From: an uncultured bacterium | Lineage (GTDB): Bacteria > Patescibacteriota > Minisyncoccia > UBA6257 > GWB1-50-10 | DNA: 64,000 nucleotides | NCBI GenBank assembly: GCA_963713955.1 | Contig: OY970216.1 | Span: forward strand, 442,252 to 506,251 | Direction: 5' to 3' | Shown here: positions 29,584-39,423 of the stretch, one piece after another | How positions within the stretch are numbered: position 1 is the first letter of the stretch | How the letters are laid out: every line of letters begins with the position of its first letter | The notes under the pieces: model-generated | What the model saw: only the letters and a program-made list of their open reading frames with translations | What the model was told of the DNA's origin: nothing | The model's database searches: none | Position numbers and translations under genes: made by a program

Positions 29584-29718
29584 ATATTTCTACTCGCGTT
29601 AGTTCGAATCCAGTCGGGTGAAAAGAGAACACCAATCCGAATTCTAAAAAGGTCACGGGTCTCGGATTAGAACTGATATTCAAAAAAGATAGAATTTAAG
29701 GCTCTCCGGTCTCGCTCC

Positions 29719-29762
29719 CTCCTTCGCTAAAGCTTCGGACGGGCACAGCGATACTGCGCTGA
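29719..29762. repeat. att-like direct repeat next to tRNA-Gln
   Basis: Identical to 26843-26886; contains a CCTTCGCTAAAGCTTCGGACGGG hairpin. Confidence 0.85.
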
Positions 29763-29765
29763 CTG

Positions 29766-29839
29766 TGGCTGCCGGGCTTGGATTCGAACCAAGATACTGG
29801 GCTCCAAAGGCCCATGTCCTACCGTTAGACGACCCGGCA
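29766..29839 (-). tRNA. tRNA-Gln(TTG)
   Basis: TGCCGGG acceptor, TGGGC-CTTTGGA-GCCCA anticodon arm, encoded CCA. Confidence 0.95.
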
Positions 29840-29884
29840 ATAAAAACTTTTCATAATGGTATAATGGAGTAAACTAAATATCAA

Positions 29885-30571
29885 ATGAATCAGATTCTAC
29901 TTTCAATCTTTCTAAGTCCAGCTTTGAATTACATTCCTGAGATATTTTTCGGGCTGCTGATTTTATTCGCCGGAATACGGTATTACGCGAGGCTCAGGAG
30001 AGGGGACCTGGAAGGAATCAAGACAAGCCGATTCTTCGGGAAGCTCATTCTCGTCGCGATCGGCTTCAAAACCCTCTACGCGGCGCTTCTGACGTGGGGA
30101 CAATACGTTATCTGGAAATCGAGTACATTGGCATCGGCGCTCCTTTCGGAAGCGGTCGTGAAAGACAAAGCTGGCATTGCGGGAGCGTTTCCCAAACTTT
30201 TCGACGAGAAGGGCGGTTATTTCCTTTACTACTCCTTGAGCCACTTCTGGCTCGAATTCGGAATAACGCTCGTTCTCGGCCTGGCTTTCTATCTTCTCCT
30301 TATGTCGTTTCAAAAGAAGAACCCGCGGTTTCTCACGTTGGCTGATGCAAGGCTCGGACTTCTGGGCGGAATCACAGCTGGCTGGCCTGGCTTCGTCGTG
30401 TACCTTTTCGGCTTCGCCCTGATCTTTCTCCTCTATGGTCTTGTGAGGAAATTGGTACTGAAAGAAGAATACACCCCTATTACAGAGCCGCTTTTCATCG
30501 CGGCCTTCCTCGCCGCCGCCTTCGGCTTCTGGATTATAAACTTCTTGGGACTGTCAGCTCTAAGGATTTAG
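29885..30571 (+). CDS. Hypothetical membrane protein (weak resemblance to the A24 prepilin-peptidase C-terminal half)
   Basis: Multiple TMs; ADARLG..G motif reminiscent of GD.KL; P....L tail. Confidence 0.6.
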   Translation: MNQILLSIFLSPALNYIPEIFFGLLILFAGIRYYARLRRGDLEGIKTSRFFGKLILVAIGFKTLYAALLTWGQYVIWKSSTLASALLSEAVVKDKAGIAGAFPKLFDEKGGYFLYYSLSHFWLEFGITLVLGLAFYLLLMSFQKKNPRFLTLADARLGLLGGITAGWPGFVVYLFGFALIFLLYGLVRKLVLKEEYTPITEPLFIAAFLAAAFGFWIINFLGLSALRI

Positions 30572-30583
30572 AAATCGCACTAA

Positions 30584-30666
30584 AGCTGACTCGGCAAGCC
30601 GAAAAAGTGTGCGCTCCGAGCCGCTAGGCCAAGTCTTACCCACTTTTTCGTCTCACCGAGTCAGCT
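30584..30666 (+). repeat. Palindromic intergenic repeat family A, copy 3
   Basis: Near-identical core to copies 1 and 2 with a different outer stem (AGCTGACTCGG..CCGAGTCAGCT). Confidence 0.9.
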
Positions 30667-31786
30667 ATTTGCTATTAATTCCCTGGAGCCCTTCCACAAT
30701 TGCTACCTCGAGAGGAATCCTCGGGAACTGGCTGTAGCGCATTTCGCCGTAGGCATTGATGAGCACCTTGATAAGCCCCACGTGAGCTTGCTTGAAGTTT
30801 TTGGACTGGGCGACGAGTTTCTGAAGATGTTCCGGCATCATTTCTTTTTTGAAAACATTTTCCATGGGAGGGCTCGCCCGGAGGACGAGGATTCTCCGGA
30901 GGTATTGGATCACGTCCCGCAAAAACTGGCTCAAGCTGAACCCGCCGTCGGCTATCTCTGAGACGAACTTCAAAGCGCTCGCTTCGTCTCCCTTTACCAA
31001 AAACTCCGTAAACTTATCTATTTTGTCGAAATTAATTTTCCCGACGGCTTTCTCAATTTCCTCAACTTCTATGCTCTTGTCGCCGAGCGAAATCATCTGG
31101 TCGAGAAGCGACTCGGAATCCCGGAAACTGCCTTCCGCGTAGTCAGCGATGAGATCCAGGGCTTCATCGGAGATTTTCACTTTCTCCTCCTTCGTGATCT
31201 TCGTGAGCTTTTTCACGATTTCCTCGCGGGGGACGAGCTTGAAATAAAATTTCTGGGCGCGGGAAGCGATGGTCGCGGGGACTTTCTCTATTTCGGTCGT
31301 CGCGAGAATGATGATGATGTACGCCGGCGGCTCCTCCAGGGTTTTCAAAAGCGCGTTCCAGGCGTCCTTCGTCAACATGTGCGCTTCGTCGATGATGTAA
31401 ACTTTGAATCTCGCGGAAGCCGGAGCGGTCCGTATGGATTCCTTGAGATTCCGTATCTCGTCCACGCCGCGGTTCGACGCGCCGTCGATTTCGAGAACGT
31501 CGAGCGTTTTCCCCTCGTCTATCCCGAGACATGTGGGGCAGGCGTTGCACGGCTCTCCTTTTTTCTTGAATTCCGGGTCCTTCGCCCGCTTCTCGCAGTT
31601 CGCGATTTTCGCGATGAGCCTCGCCGACGTGGTCTTCCCCGTGCCGCGGGGGCCGGAGAAGATATAGGCGTGCGAAAGCCGGTCCTGCCGGGCTTCTTCC
31701 TTCAGGATTTTCACGATAGTCTCCTGGCCCAAGAGATCCTCGAATGTAGCTGGCCGGTATTTTCTATATATGGCGAGGTGGGGCAT
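30665..31786 (-). CDS. dnaX: DNA polymerase III subunit gamma/tau (short form)
   Basis: YRKYRP, GPRGTGKT, EIDGASN, DEAHML, LLKTLEEPP motifs. Confidence 0.96.
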   Translation of the reverse strand: MPHLAIYRKYRPATFEDLLGQETIVKILKEEARQDRLSHAYIFSGPRGTGKTTSARLIAKIANCEKRAKDPEFKKKGEPCNACPTCLGIDEGKTLDVLEIDGASNRGVDEIRNLKESIRTAPASARFKVYIIDEAHMLTKDAWNALLKTLEEPPAYIIIILATTEIEKVPATIASRAQKFYFKLVPREEIVKKLTKITKEEKVKISDEALDLIADYAEGSFRDSESLLDQMISLGDKSIEVEEIEKAVGKINFDKIDKFTEFLVKGDEASALKFVSEIADGGFSLSQFLRDVIQYLRRILVLRASPPMENVFKKEMMPEHLQKLVAQSKNFKQAHVGLIKVLINAYGEMRYSQFPRIPLEVAIVEGLQGINSK

Positions 31787-31851
31787 GGATTAATTATACA
31801 AGGGATTAGGGTCTAGGGGTAGAGTATTTTATAATTAATCTGTGGGCCAAA

Positions 31852-32391
31852 ATGGCGATAATCTTGATACTTGTCGTTTTAATAACGGCGGGGTTCGTGC
31901 TACTATTTGAAGGAAGAGAAAACGATCTTGGGAACATGGGAAATCTAACGCTCAAAAGCTCGGCTTTCAAAGAAGGGGACACGATCCCGAGGAAATTCAC
32001 CTGCGATGGCGAGAACGTGAATCCGCTCTTGGAAATAAAGGATACGCCGACCGGCACGAAAAGCTTTGTCCTCATCGTGGACGATCCGGATGCCACGAAC
32101 GGCAAGACGTGGGACCATTGGGTCATGTGGAACATTGATCCGAAAACTCAGTACATCATGGAGGACAATCTGCCGTCGGGCGCCGTGCAAGGCATAAACA
32201 GCTGGAACAAAAATAAATACGGCGGACCGTGCCCGCCCCAGGGTGCGAAGCCGCACCGGTACATGTTCAAACTCTACGCACTCGATGCGGCGCTTGATCT
32301 TGCAACTTCTTCGACGGCAGCCGACGTGGAACGAGCGATGGCGAACCATGTTATCGAAAAAACAACCCTCATGGGGCTTTACGGGAGATAA
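31852..32391 (+). CDS. YbhB/YbcL (PEBP) family protein
   Basis: DDPDA...HW and YGGPCPP...HRY.F.LYALD motifs. Confidence 0.93.
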   Translation: MAIILILVVLITAGFVLLFEGRENDLGNMGNLTLKSSAFKEGDTIPRKFTCDGENVNPLLEIKDTPTGTKSFVLIVDDPDATNGKTWDHWVMWNIDPKTQYIMEDNLPSGAVQGINSWNKNKYGGPCPPQGAKPHRYMFKLYALDAALDLATSSTAADVERAMANHVIEKTTLMGLYGR

Positions 32392-32749
32392 GTACCTCTG
32401 GACGCTCCACTCCCAGTTCAAGATGAAATATTACGGGATTGCGGAATCCCGCGTGAAGCGCATCATCCGGTTCCCGACTCGATATGAAGAAGGGATCGTG
32501 CCGAATACCGTCGCCGTCATGCAGCCCGCCGGGACTAAGCGGTACTCGGAGATATGGGTGATGTATTCGCTTACGCGCGCCGACCAAGGCGGAAAATCAC
32601 GCGGACCAACGCGGAAACCATATTGGCCGGACAGAACCGGTTCTGGAAAGGCACTAAAAATAATAACGGTTTGGAGATACCCGGGCGTGAGTCCGAAGCG
32701 CGACCCGATACCGACCGAAGTTTTGAACGAAATAAAAAATCTACTGTGA
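32348..32749 (+). CDS. Hypothetical protein (possible RelE/DUF4258-like fold)
   Basis: WT.HS..KM..Y....RVKR.IR.P; EIWVMY; IITVWRYPG; start uncertain. Confidence 0.6.
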   Translation: MLSKKQPSWGFTGDKYLWTLHSQFKMKYYGIAESRVKRIIRFPTRYEEGIVPNTVAVMQPAGTKRYSEIWVMYSLTRADQGGKSRGPTRKPYWPDRTGSGKALKIITVWRYPGVSPKRDPIPTEVLNEIKNLL

Positions 32750-32792
32750 TTTAAACGGAGGTGGTACAACCTGTTAGACCACCCTATGAAAA

Positions 32793-33332
32793 ATGAGAAA
32801 AATTCTCGACAGAAAGTTTTTTGAACAACCGACGCTTACGGTGGCGAGGGAACTTCTCGGGAAGTACCTGGTAAGAAAATGCCCTTCGACAAGCTCAGGG
32901 CGACGCTCGCGCGTCGTCACGGGGATGATAACTGAGGTCGAAGCATACGATGGATCAAATGATTTGGCTTCGCATGCTTCGCGGGGTCTCACGCCCCGGA
33001 CGAAGATCATGTTCGGTCCGGCGGGGCATTGGTACGTGTATTTTACGTACGGTATGCACTGGATGCTGAATATAGTGACAGGAAAAGTAGGTTATCCGGC
33101 AGCTGTTTTAATACGTGCCATGGAAGGAGTAAACGGACCAGCACGGATTACTAAATTTTTCAAAATCGACAAGAAATTCAACGGGAAGCCGGCCGACCGG
33201 CGAACTGGTCTCTGGATCGAGGATCGAGGCGTCAAAATCAGAGAATCCCGCGTAAAGAGAACTTCGCGTATCGGCGTCGATTACGCGGGTCCGGTCTGGT
33301 CGAAGAAAAAGTATCGATTCATGTTAAAATAA
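32793..33332 (+). CDS. mpg: DNA-3-methyladenine glycosylase (MPG/AAG)
   Basis: ITEVEAY.G..D.ASHA, YVYFTYGMH, AVLIRA, GP, RIGV motifs. Confidence 0.93.
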   Translation: MRKILDRKFFEQPTLTVARELLGKYLVRKCPSTSSGRRSRVVTGMITEVEAYDGSNDLASHASRGLTPRTKIMFGPAGHWYVYFTYGMHWMLNIVTGKVGYPAAVLIRAMEGVNGPARITKFFKIDKKFNGKPADRRTGLWIEDRGVKIRESRVKRTSRIGVDYAGPVWSKKKYRFMLK

Positions 33333-33345
33333 GAAAACCATACCC

Positions 33346-33906
33346 ATGCATCAAGAAGTTGAGATCAAAGCAAAAATCGAAGATCCCAAAGGTGTCGAGA
33401 GGAAACTGAGGAGGATTGGGAAATTCACGAGAGTGCGGAAGCAGGTTGATGAATACTTTGTTCCTCCCCAACAGGACTTTTTCAAGAAGAATCCTCCGAT
33501 CGAATATCTCCGCGTGAGATACGAAGGGGAGCGGAGCCACTTGAACTATTCTTTCCTGCATTTCAGGAAGGATGGATGGCTTGCCGTGACGGACGAATAC
33601 GAAACACTTGTCCAAAATCCGAGAACGGTTGGAGAGGTTTTGAAGAAAATAGGGATGATTCACAAAGTCACAGTCGAAAAGACCCGCAAGTATTTCGACT
33701 GCGGAAAGTTCGAGGTAGTATTGGACGAAGTGAGAAACTTAGGGAGCTTCGTTGAGGTTGAAGCGAAGAAAGTTTTCGGAAGCCTCGCCGAAACGAGAAA
33801 AGCTTGTATGGATTTTCTTGAAAACCTTAAAATCAAGTACGAAATGAATAATGACATGGGCTATCCCCGAATGCTCTACAAAAAACTGAAAAGCAGGAAC
33901 AGGTAA
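33346..33906 (+). CDS. CYTH-domain protein (class IV adenylate cyclase-like)
   Basis: EVEIK, LRVR, K.R and LGSFVEVE motifs. Confidence 0.9.
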   Translation: MHQEVEIKAKIEDPKGVERKLRRIGKFTRVRKQVDEYFVPPQQDFFKKNPPIEYLRVRYEGERSHLNYSFLHFRKDGWLAVTDEYETLVQNPRTVGEVLKKIGMIHKVTVEKTRKYFDCGKFEVVLDEVRNLGSFVEVEAKKVFGSLAETRKACMDFLENLKIKYEMNNDMGYPRMLYKKLKSRNR

Positions 33907-34021
33907 TGTTGGGGTGTTGTTGGATAACCTGGAAGACTTGTCAAACTAAAAAATTAATGTTATAAATAGCACCACAGTTTAGTTCGTTCACATTCAAATT
34001 TAAAAAAAGAAGGAGGTTCTC

Positions 34022-34639
34022 TTGAGCCTAAGTCTGATCTGGAAAGAAAAAACACCGCGAGAACGTGTGGTGATTGTTGCTGGAATGATAGCGGCGCTTA
34101 TCATGATCGTTCAGGCCTCCGTATATATCTGGCGTACGGGTTATGGCAGCGCACGACCAGTGTTCACGACATGGGTTTTGTTTTTCGTTGCCTCAAGTCT
34201 GAGCTTCTGGACATACCGATCCTCCAAGAAGCACAGCCTTATTGGCAACGTCGCCAATCTGGCAGATATGTTCATTTGCGGGGCAATTGTCATCGGTATC
34301 CTGATTTTCAGAAGTCATAATCTTCTCGGGAACCGGCTCGATGTTTATTGCATAGTTATCTCAGGAATAATTCTTCTTTTCTGGAGAATAACTGAGCATC
34401 ATGATTTGGCGAACATTCTATTGCAAATCGTCATGGCAACCGCTTACCTGCCGACGTTTGCCAAATTATGGTATGCAACGCAAAATACCGAGCCATTAGT
34501 GGTTTGGATCATGTCGTGGTTCGTGTCCGTCCTAGCCTTAATTCCAGCAATAGACAAGAAAGAGAAACTATCGATTGTCTATGCCACGCGAGGTTTAATT
34601 CTCGTATCAGTCGTTATTTGGCTGATTCTGAGGATTTAA
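34022..34639 (+). CDS. Hypothetical membrane protein
   Basis: About 7 hydrophobic segments; P...TW and PT..K....TE motifs; GGAGG before the TTG start. Confidence 0.7.
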   Translation: MSLSLIWKEKTPRERVVIVAGMIAALIMIVQASVYIWRTGYGSARPVFTTWVLFFVASSLSFWTYRSSKKHSLIGNVANLADMFICGAIVIGILIFRSHNLLGNRLDVYCIVISGIILLFWRITEHHDLANILLQIVMATAYLPTFAKLWYATQNTEPLVVWIMSWFVSVLALIPAIDKKEKLSIVYATRGLILVSVVIWLILRI

Positions 34640-34702
34640 TAGGTCGTCTCTTAAAAAATGAGACGACCTTTTCCCTTTTCGGTATGTTATAATAAAGTGG
34701 AA

Positions 34703-35887
34703 ATGTCCATCCATTCTCGTTCTTCCTTCACCCTGATCGAGCTCCTGGTAGTCATCGCCATCCTTGCCGTCCTTGCAACCGCCGTCGTCTTGGTCTTGAA
34801 TCCCGCCCAGCTCTTAGCTCAAGGAAGAGATTCAACCAGGCTCTCTGATCTCTCTGCCTTGAATAGTGCCCTCTCCCTCTTCCAGGCAGATCAATATACC
34901 CAGTCCTTAGGGACTCCAAATACCCTCTACGTATCAGTTCCCGATACCACATCCACCTGTGCCAATCTGGGACTGTCTTCTCCTCCTATAGGATGGGCCT
35001 ATCACTGTGTTCCAAGCTCTTCCTCAACAAGAGTAGACGGAACAGGCTGGATTCCCGTGAATCTTACCCTCCTATCATCAGGATCCCCTTTATCCAAGCT
35101 CCCGATAGACCCTACGAATACCACTAGTTCTGGACTCTACTATACCTACGTATCAGGAGGCTCCTATGCCTTATCCAGTGCCTTGGAATCACAGAAATAC
35201 CTTGTATCCACCGCATCCCAAGACCAAGGCTATGATCCTGGGAGGTATGAGATCGGTTCTGACCTATCCCTTATTGGAAGGAGTGAAGGATTAGTAGGAT
35301 GGTGGCCCCTGGATGGAGACCCGGGGGACAGGAGTGGGAACGGGAACAATGGGACGTGGTATGGATCCATGATCGGAGGTTCTTACTATACGGGAGGGAA
35401 GATCAACCAGGCTGGGAACTTTAATGGGACGGATGATTATGTGAATGTTCCAACGAGCCCGTTATTACATCCCTTGAGCTACGTTACGGTTTCTGCCTGG
35501 GTAAATATGACATCGTCAACTGGCCCATTTGATGGAATCACTACTGATAACGGCAACGACTACTATTTGCAAGCACAATGGCCCAAGTGGCGTTTCTATG
35601 TCATTAACACCTCTAGTGTATATAAAGATGTCTTTTCGATAAATAACATTACGACTGGGCAGTGGTATTTTTTAACCGGTGTCTACGACGGATCGAACGT
35701 TTCCCTATATGTCAATGGCGTTCTACAAGCACAAAATCCTCAAACAGGGAACATACAAAATTCGGCCGGAAACATAACAATATCAACGGGTGGACGTCAT
35801 TTTTATGGAACGATCGACGACGTCCGCATCTACAACCGAGCATTGTCCGCGGCAGAGATTCAGGCGATTTATAATGCACAAAAGTAG
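34703..35887 (+). CDS. Type IV pilin-like protein with a C-terminal LamG/concanavalin-like domain
   Basis: RSS|FTLIELL; GLVGWWPLDG..D.SGNGNNGT; W.FLTGVYDG; IDDVRIYNRALS. Confidence 0.9.
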   Translation: MSIHSRSSFTLIELLVVIAILAVLATAVVLVLNPAQLLAQGRDSTRLSDLSALNSALSLFQADQYTQSLGTPNTLYVSVPDTTSTCANLGLSSPPIGWAYHCVPSSSSTRVDGTGWIPVNLTLLSSGSPLSKLPIDPTNTTSSGLYYTYVSGGSYALSSALESQKYLVSTASQDQGYDPGRYEIGSDLSLIGRSEGLVGWWPLDGDPGDRSGNGNNGTWYGSMIGGSYYTGGKINQAGNFNGTDDYVNVPTSPLLHPLSYVTVSAWVNMTSSTGPFDGITTDNGNDYYLQAQWPKWRFYVINTSSVYKDVFSINNITTGQWYFLTGVYDGSNVSLYVNGVLQAQNPQTGNIQNSAGNITISTGGRHFYGTIDDVRIYNRALSAAEIQAIYNAQK

Positions 35888-35900
35888 GGGATAAACCAGT

Positions 35901-37670
35901 ATGGCGAAAGAGAAAAAGCCTTCCACGTTGAAAAGGGTCATAGCGCTCTTGAAGGACCGGAAGAAAACGGTTTTGTTTTTGTTCGCCCTGATTGTCATTT
36001 CGCAGGGAGCCAACATCGTGGTGCCGTTCATCTTGCGGTTCCTCATCGACACTCTGACCGCTTACATCAAGGGCAGCGGTCCCTTGTCTTGGATCTCCCT
36101 CATCTATCCAGCGCTCGGGATACTCGTCGCGACCGTCGTCAGCAGTGCTCTCCAGTCAAGCTATAACTACCATCTTTTCAAACTTGTCACGAAGGTTGAA
36201 GACCGGATGCGGAGCATGGCGTTCGAAAAATACCTGGAACTCCATGCGCTTTTCCATCACGGATCCTCGAGCGGGCAGATCATCGGGCGCATCGAACGCG
36301 GGGGACTCGCCGTTTACGCCATTCTGAATGACATCATCGGTCAGAACCTTCTGCCGCCCCTCGTCGTTTTCGTGGGATCGTTCGCGGCTCTTCTCTACCA
36401 GAACTATTGGATCGGTCTCGCGGTTCTCATGCCGTTTCCGGTGTATTTCTTGGTAACGCGGAAACTCTCCAATCGGATTTACGAAATCGAGCAAAAAGCG
36501 AACGATGCCTTCGAAGATGTATCGAAAGAGCTCTACGACGTGGCCGGCAACGTTCTCACGGTGAAAAAATTCTCGGAGGAAAAGGCGGAAACCGAGAGCA
36601 ACAGGCGCCTCATGGGCGAAGCGCGTGACATCCAGTATGGCGCCGAGCGTCTGTGGGGGATTGTCGAGAACGTCCAGACTGCTATCGCGACCGTCGGGCG
36701 CGTAGCCGTTCTCATGCTGAGCGGCTGGTTCGTCTTGAATGGCACGGCAACCATCGGCGAGTTCGTTCTCTACGTCACGCTCCAAAATATGGCCTACGCA
36801 CCGCTTTCGCAGCTTTCGATCATCTTCCCGCGCCTGCGGAGGAACATCACCCGCGTCGACCGTCTTTTCATGATTCTCGATGAGTCGGTCGCCGTGAAAG
36901 ACAAGCCAGGCGCGATCGATTTGCCGCCGCTCCAAAAGAAAATCGAGTTCAAAAACGTTTCTTTTGCCTACCGGAGCGGCCGCGAATGGACGCTTAAAGA
37001 TATTAACCTTGCGGTACTCGCCGGCAAGACCATCGCGCTCGTCGGCCGCTCCGGGAGCGGTAAGACAACGTTCATCAACTTGCTGCTTCGTTCATTTGAC
37101 CCACAGAAAGGGAAGATACTCATCGACGGCATTGACGTGAGGGACGTGACGCAGGAAAGCCTCCATCGGCAGATTGCGGTCGTACCGCAGGAGGTTGACC
37201 TGTTCTCGCGGACCGTCTCCGAAAACATAGCATACGGGAGGCCGGACGTGACGAAAACTCAGATCGAAAACGCCGCGAAGACCGCCCTCGCGCATGATTT
37301 CATATTGAAATTGGAAAATGGGTACGGCACGGTGGTCGGCGAGCGGGGGATCAAGCTCTCGGGAGGCGAGCGCCAGCGGATCGGCATCGCCCGGGCGGTT
37401 CTCCGGGACCCGAGGATACTCATCCTCGACGAGGCCACGAGCCATCTCGACACGGAAAGCGAACAGCTCATCGCGAAGGCAACCGACGCGCTCATCAAAA
37501 ACAGGACATCGTTCATCATCGCGCACCGTCTTTCGACCATCCTTCACGCGGACATGATCGTCGTCTTCAAGGATAACCAAATAGAAGCCATGGGTAGACA
37601 CAAAGAGCTTTTGAGAAAGAGTCCGACGTATCGGCGGCTTTATGACTTACAGTTCGGCGAAGAAGAATAA
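35901..37670 (+). CDS. ABC exporter, fused TMD-NBD (MsbA/ABCB-like)
   Basis: TM domain, GRSGSGKT, LSGGERQR, DEATS motifs. Confidence 0.95.
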   Translation: MAKEKKPSTLKRVIALLKDRKKTVLFLFALIVISQGANIVVPFILRFLIDTLTAYIKGSGPLSWISLIYPALGILVATVVSSALQSSYNYHLFKLVTKVEDRMRSMAFEKYLELHALFHHGSSSGQIIGRIERGGLAVYAILNDIIGQNLLPPLVVFVGSFAALLYQNYWIGLAVLMPFPVYFLVTRKLSNRIYEIEQKANDAFEDVSKELYDVAGNVLTVKKFSEEKAETESNRRLMGEARDIQYGAERLWGIVENVQTAIATVGRVAVLMLSGWFVLNGTATIGEFVLYVTLQNMAYAPLSQLSIIFPRLRRNITRVDRLFMILDESVAVKDKPGAIDLPPLQKKIEFKNVSFAYRSGREWTLKDINLAVLAGKTIALVGRSGSGKTTFINLLLRSFDPQKGKILIDGIDVRDVTQESLHRQIAVVPQEVDLFSRTVSENIAYGRPDVTKTQIENAAKTALAHDFILKLENGYGTVVGERGIKLSGGERQRIGIARAVLRDPRILILDEATSHLDTESEQLIAKATDALIKNRTSFIIAHRLSTILHADMIVVFKDNQIEAMGRHKELLRKSPTYRRLYDLQFGEEE

Positions 37671-37673
37671 TCC

Positions 37674-38495
37674 ATGTATTCCTATTTCAACGGCACAATC
37701 GTACCTCTCAAAAACGTCAGCGTCGATCCTTACGACCTCGGATTTTTGAGAGGCTATGGAGTTTTCGATTTCATGCGCACGGCGAACGGCAAGCCGTTCC
37801 TCATCCGTGAACATTTCATCCGCCTCGAATGTTCGGCAAAATCATTGGGATTGAAATTGCCTTTCGGAGAAAGCGAATACGAAAAAATCATTGATAGGCT
37901 TTTGAAATTGAACGGTTTCAAGGAATCGACGGTGAGAACCGTCGTGACGGGCGGGATAAGTTCAGACGCTTTCTCGATTGGCAAAGAGACAATCCTCGTT
38001 TTGGTCGAAAAATTCAAGCCACTGCCGCGGGCGGTATACCGAAAAGGCGCGAAGGTGATCACGTTAGACTACCGGAGGCTGAATCCACGCGTAAAAGTCA
38101 CGAACTACATTGAAGCCATCAGAAACCAATCCAGGAAGAGAAAGGCCGGGGCGCTCGAGATCATTTACGTGCATAAGGGGAAGGTTTTTGAGTCTTCCAC
38201 GAGCAACGTGTTTATCGTTAAAAAGAAACAGGTGATAACGCCGAAGGAAGGAGTCTTGTTTGGGATCACGAGATACGCCGTCATGAAACTCGCAAAGAAG
38301 AACGGTCTCGGAATCGCCGAGAGAAGCGTTTCCGAGAAGGAACTCTATTCGGCCGATGAGGTTTTCTTGACGGCAACCAATAAAGGCGTCGTTCCCGTCA
38401 TTTCGGTGGACGGGGAAAAGATTGGCAATGGCAAGCCCGGCGAGGTAACGAAACTCCTCATGAAATTGCTTGACGATTTTATGAGGGCGAGATAG
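37674..38495 (+). CDS. Aminotransferase class IV (IlvE/PabC/D-amino acid aminotransferase-like)
   Basis: RGYGVF, EH..RL, K..NY, E....NVF, L.GITR, ADEVFLT motifs. Confidence 0.92.
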   Translation: MYSYFNGTIVPLKNVSVDPYDLGFLRGYGVFDFMRTANGKPFLIREHFIRLECSAKSLGLKLPFGESEYEKIIDRLLKLNGFKESTVRTVVTGGISSDAFSIGKETILVLVEKFKPLPRAVYRKGAKVITLDYRRLNPRVKVTNYIEAIRNQSRKRKAGALEIIYVHKGKVFESSTSNVFIVKKKQVITPKEGVLFGITRYAVMKLAKKNGLGIAERSVSEKELYSADEVFLTATNKGVVPVISVDGEKIGNGKPGEVTKLLMKLLDDFMRAR

Positions 38496-38971
38496 ATCTC
38501 GTAGGAAGCGAAGAAAAGGCCGCTGAAGAACAAATCGGAAATGAGGGTATTCCTGAAAAACGGGATTCCCATCGTGTAACTCTCGAAAAGCCCCAAAATC
38601 GTATGGGGATAGAGACCCCCGAAGAGCCACACTGCCGCATTGGTCACGAGGAAAAACAAGATCGAACCGGCGAGCGAAGAAAAAGCGACGCTCCCGACCG
38701 ATTTTATTTTCCTAAAGAAAAAACCGATAAGGCCGATGAGTGCGAAGCTGCCGTAAACGGCGGCCATGATGCCGGGGGCGTAGAATCCCAAGAGAAGATC
38801 GCTCAAAAACATCACGGCGAGCGGGATGACGACAGTGTATTTCTTCATCGGCAAGTAGAATCCCCCGAAAAGCGCCAAAGCTCCCACCGCCGCGAAATTG
38901 GGTGCATGAGGAATGATTCTTAAAACAAAAGCGAGCACCGCGAAAATGATTGTAAAAATAATCGGGCTCAT
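38345..38971 (-). CDS. Putative ECF-type S component / membrane protein (DUF6580-like)
   Basis: R..PH.PNF..VGA.ALF.G; FF..TN..VW; Y..G.PFF.NTL..D motifs. Confidence 0.75.
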   Translation of the reverse strand: MSPIIFTIIFAVLAFVLRIIPHAPNFAAVGALALFGGFYLPMKKYTVVIPLAVMFLSDLLLGFYAPGIMAAVYGSFALIGLIGFFFRKIKSVGSVAFSSLAGSILFFLVTNAAVWLFGGLYPHTILGLFESYTMGIPFFRNTLISDLFFSGLFFASYEIYLALIKSSSNFMRSFVTSPGLPLPIFSPSTEMTGTTPLLVAVKKTSSAE

Positions 38972-38974
38972 TTT

Positions 38975-39418
38975 TTATTCCTGTGATTTTATGAATTTCC
39001 ACTCGATGACATCGCCCGGCTGAACGATGTATTTGTCCGCTCCAAGGGGCGGCGCAATGTTGTTTACCCAATATTGCCAGTATTTCTCGCCGTCGCCGTT
39101 TTTCATTTGACCGATTTGAACCACGAGAACTCCCAAACTCCCGTAATTTTTTGTCTCAAGACCGATGCCGCTTTCCTTCGCTGCGTCGGTCAAGAGTTGA
39201 AGCATCGTTTCGTTCGGCGAAAGCGATCTTTCGAAAGTTTTAAGAGTTCCGTTGCCATAGTCGATCATCAAACTCGCGGAGAAGCCGGTACTTACCGTTT
39301 TTTGCTGCTGCACCACTTCCGATTTTCGTCCGTAATTAATAAAAGAACCGGCTGCGAAACCGACGACGAGAGATAAAATAATGAGAAGAGAAAGATTCTT
39401 TTTATTCATGTTATTCAT
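38975..39418 (-). CDS. DUF4430-like membrane-anchored protein (transcobalamin C-terminal-like)
   Basis: G.LV..IG..KNG...YWQYWVN....GA..Y....GD.IEW. Confidence 0.8.
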   Translation of the reverse strand: MNNMNKKNLSLLIILSLVVGFAAGSFINYGRKSEVVQQQKTVSTGFSASLMIDYGNGTLKTFERSLSPNETMLQLLTDAAKESGIGLETKNYGSLGVLVVQIGQMKNGDGEKYWQYWVNNIAPPLGADKYIVQPGDVIEWKFIKSQE

Positions 39419-39423
39419 GTTTG

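Noticed and set aside
12044-30666. Family A repeats as a CRISPR array
   Set aside because: Copies are ~80 nt, kilobases apart, in both orientations, with no spacers or cas genes
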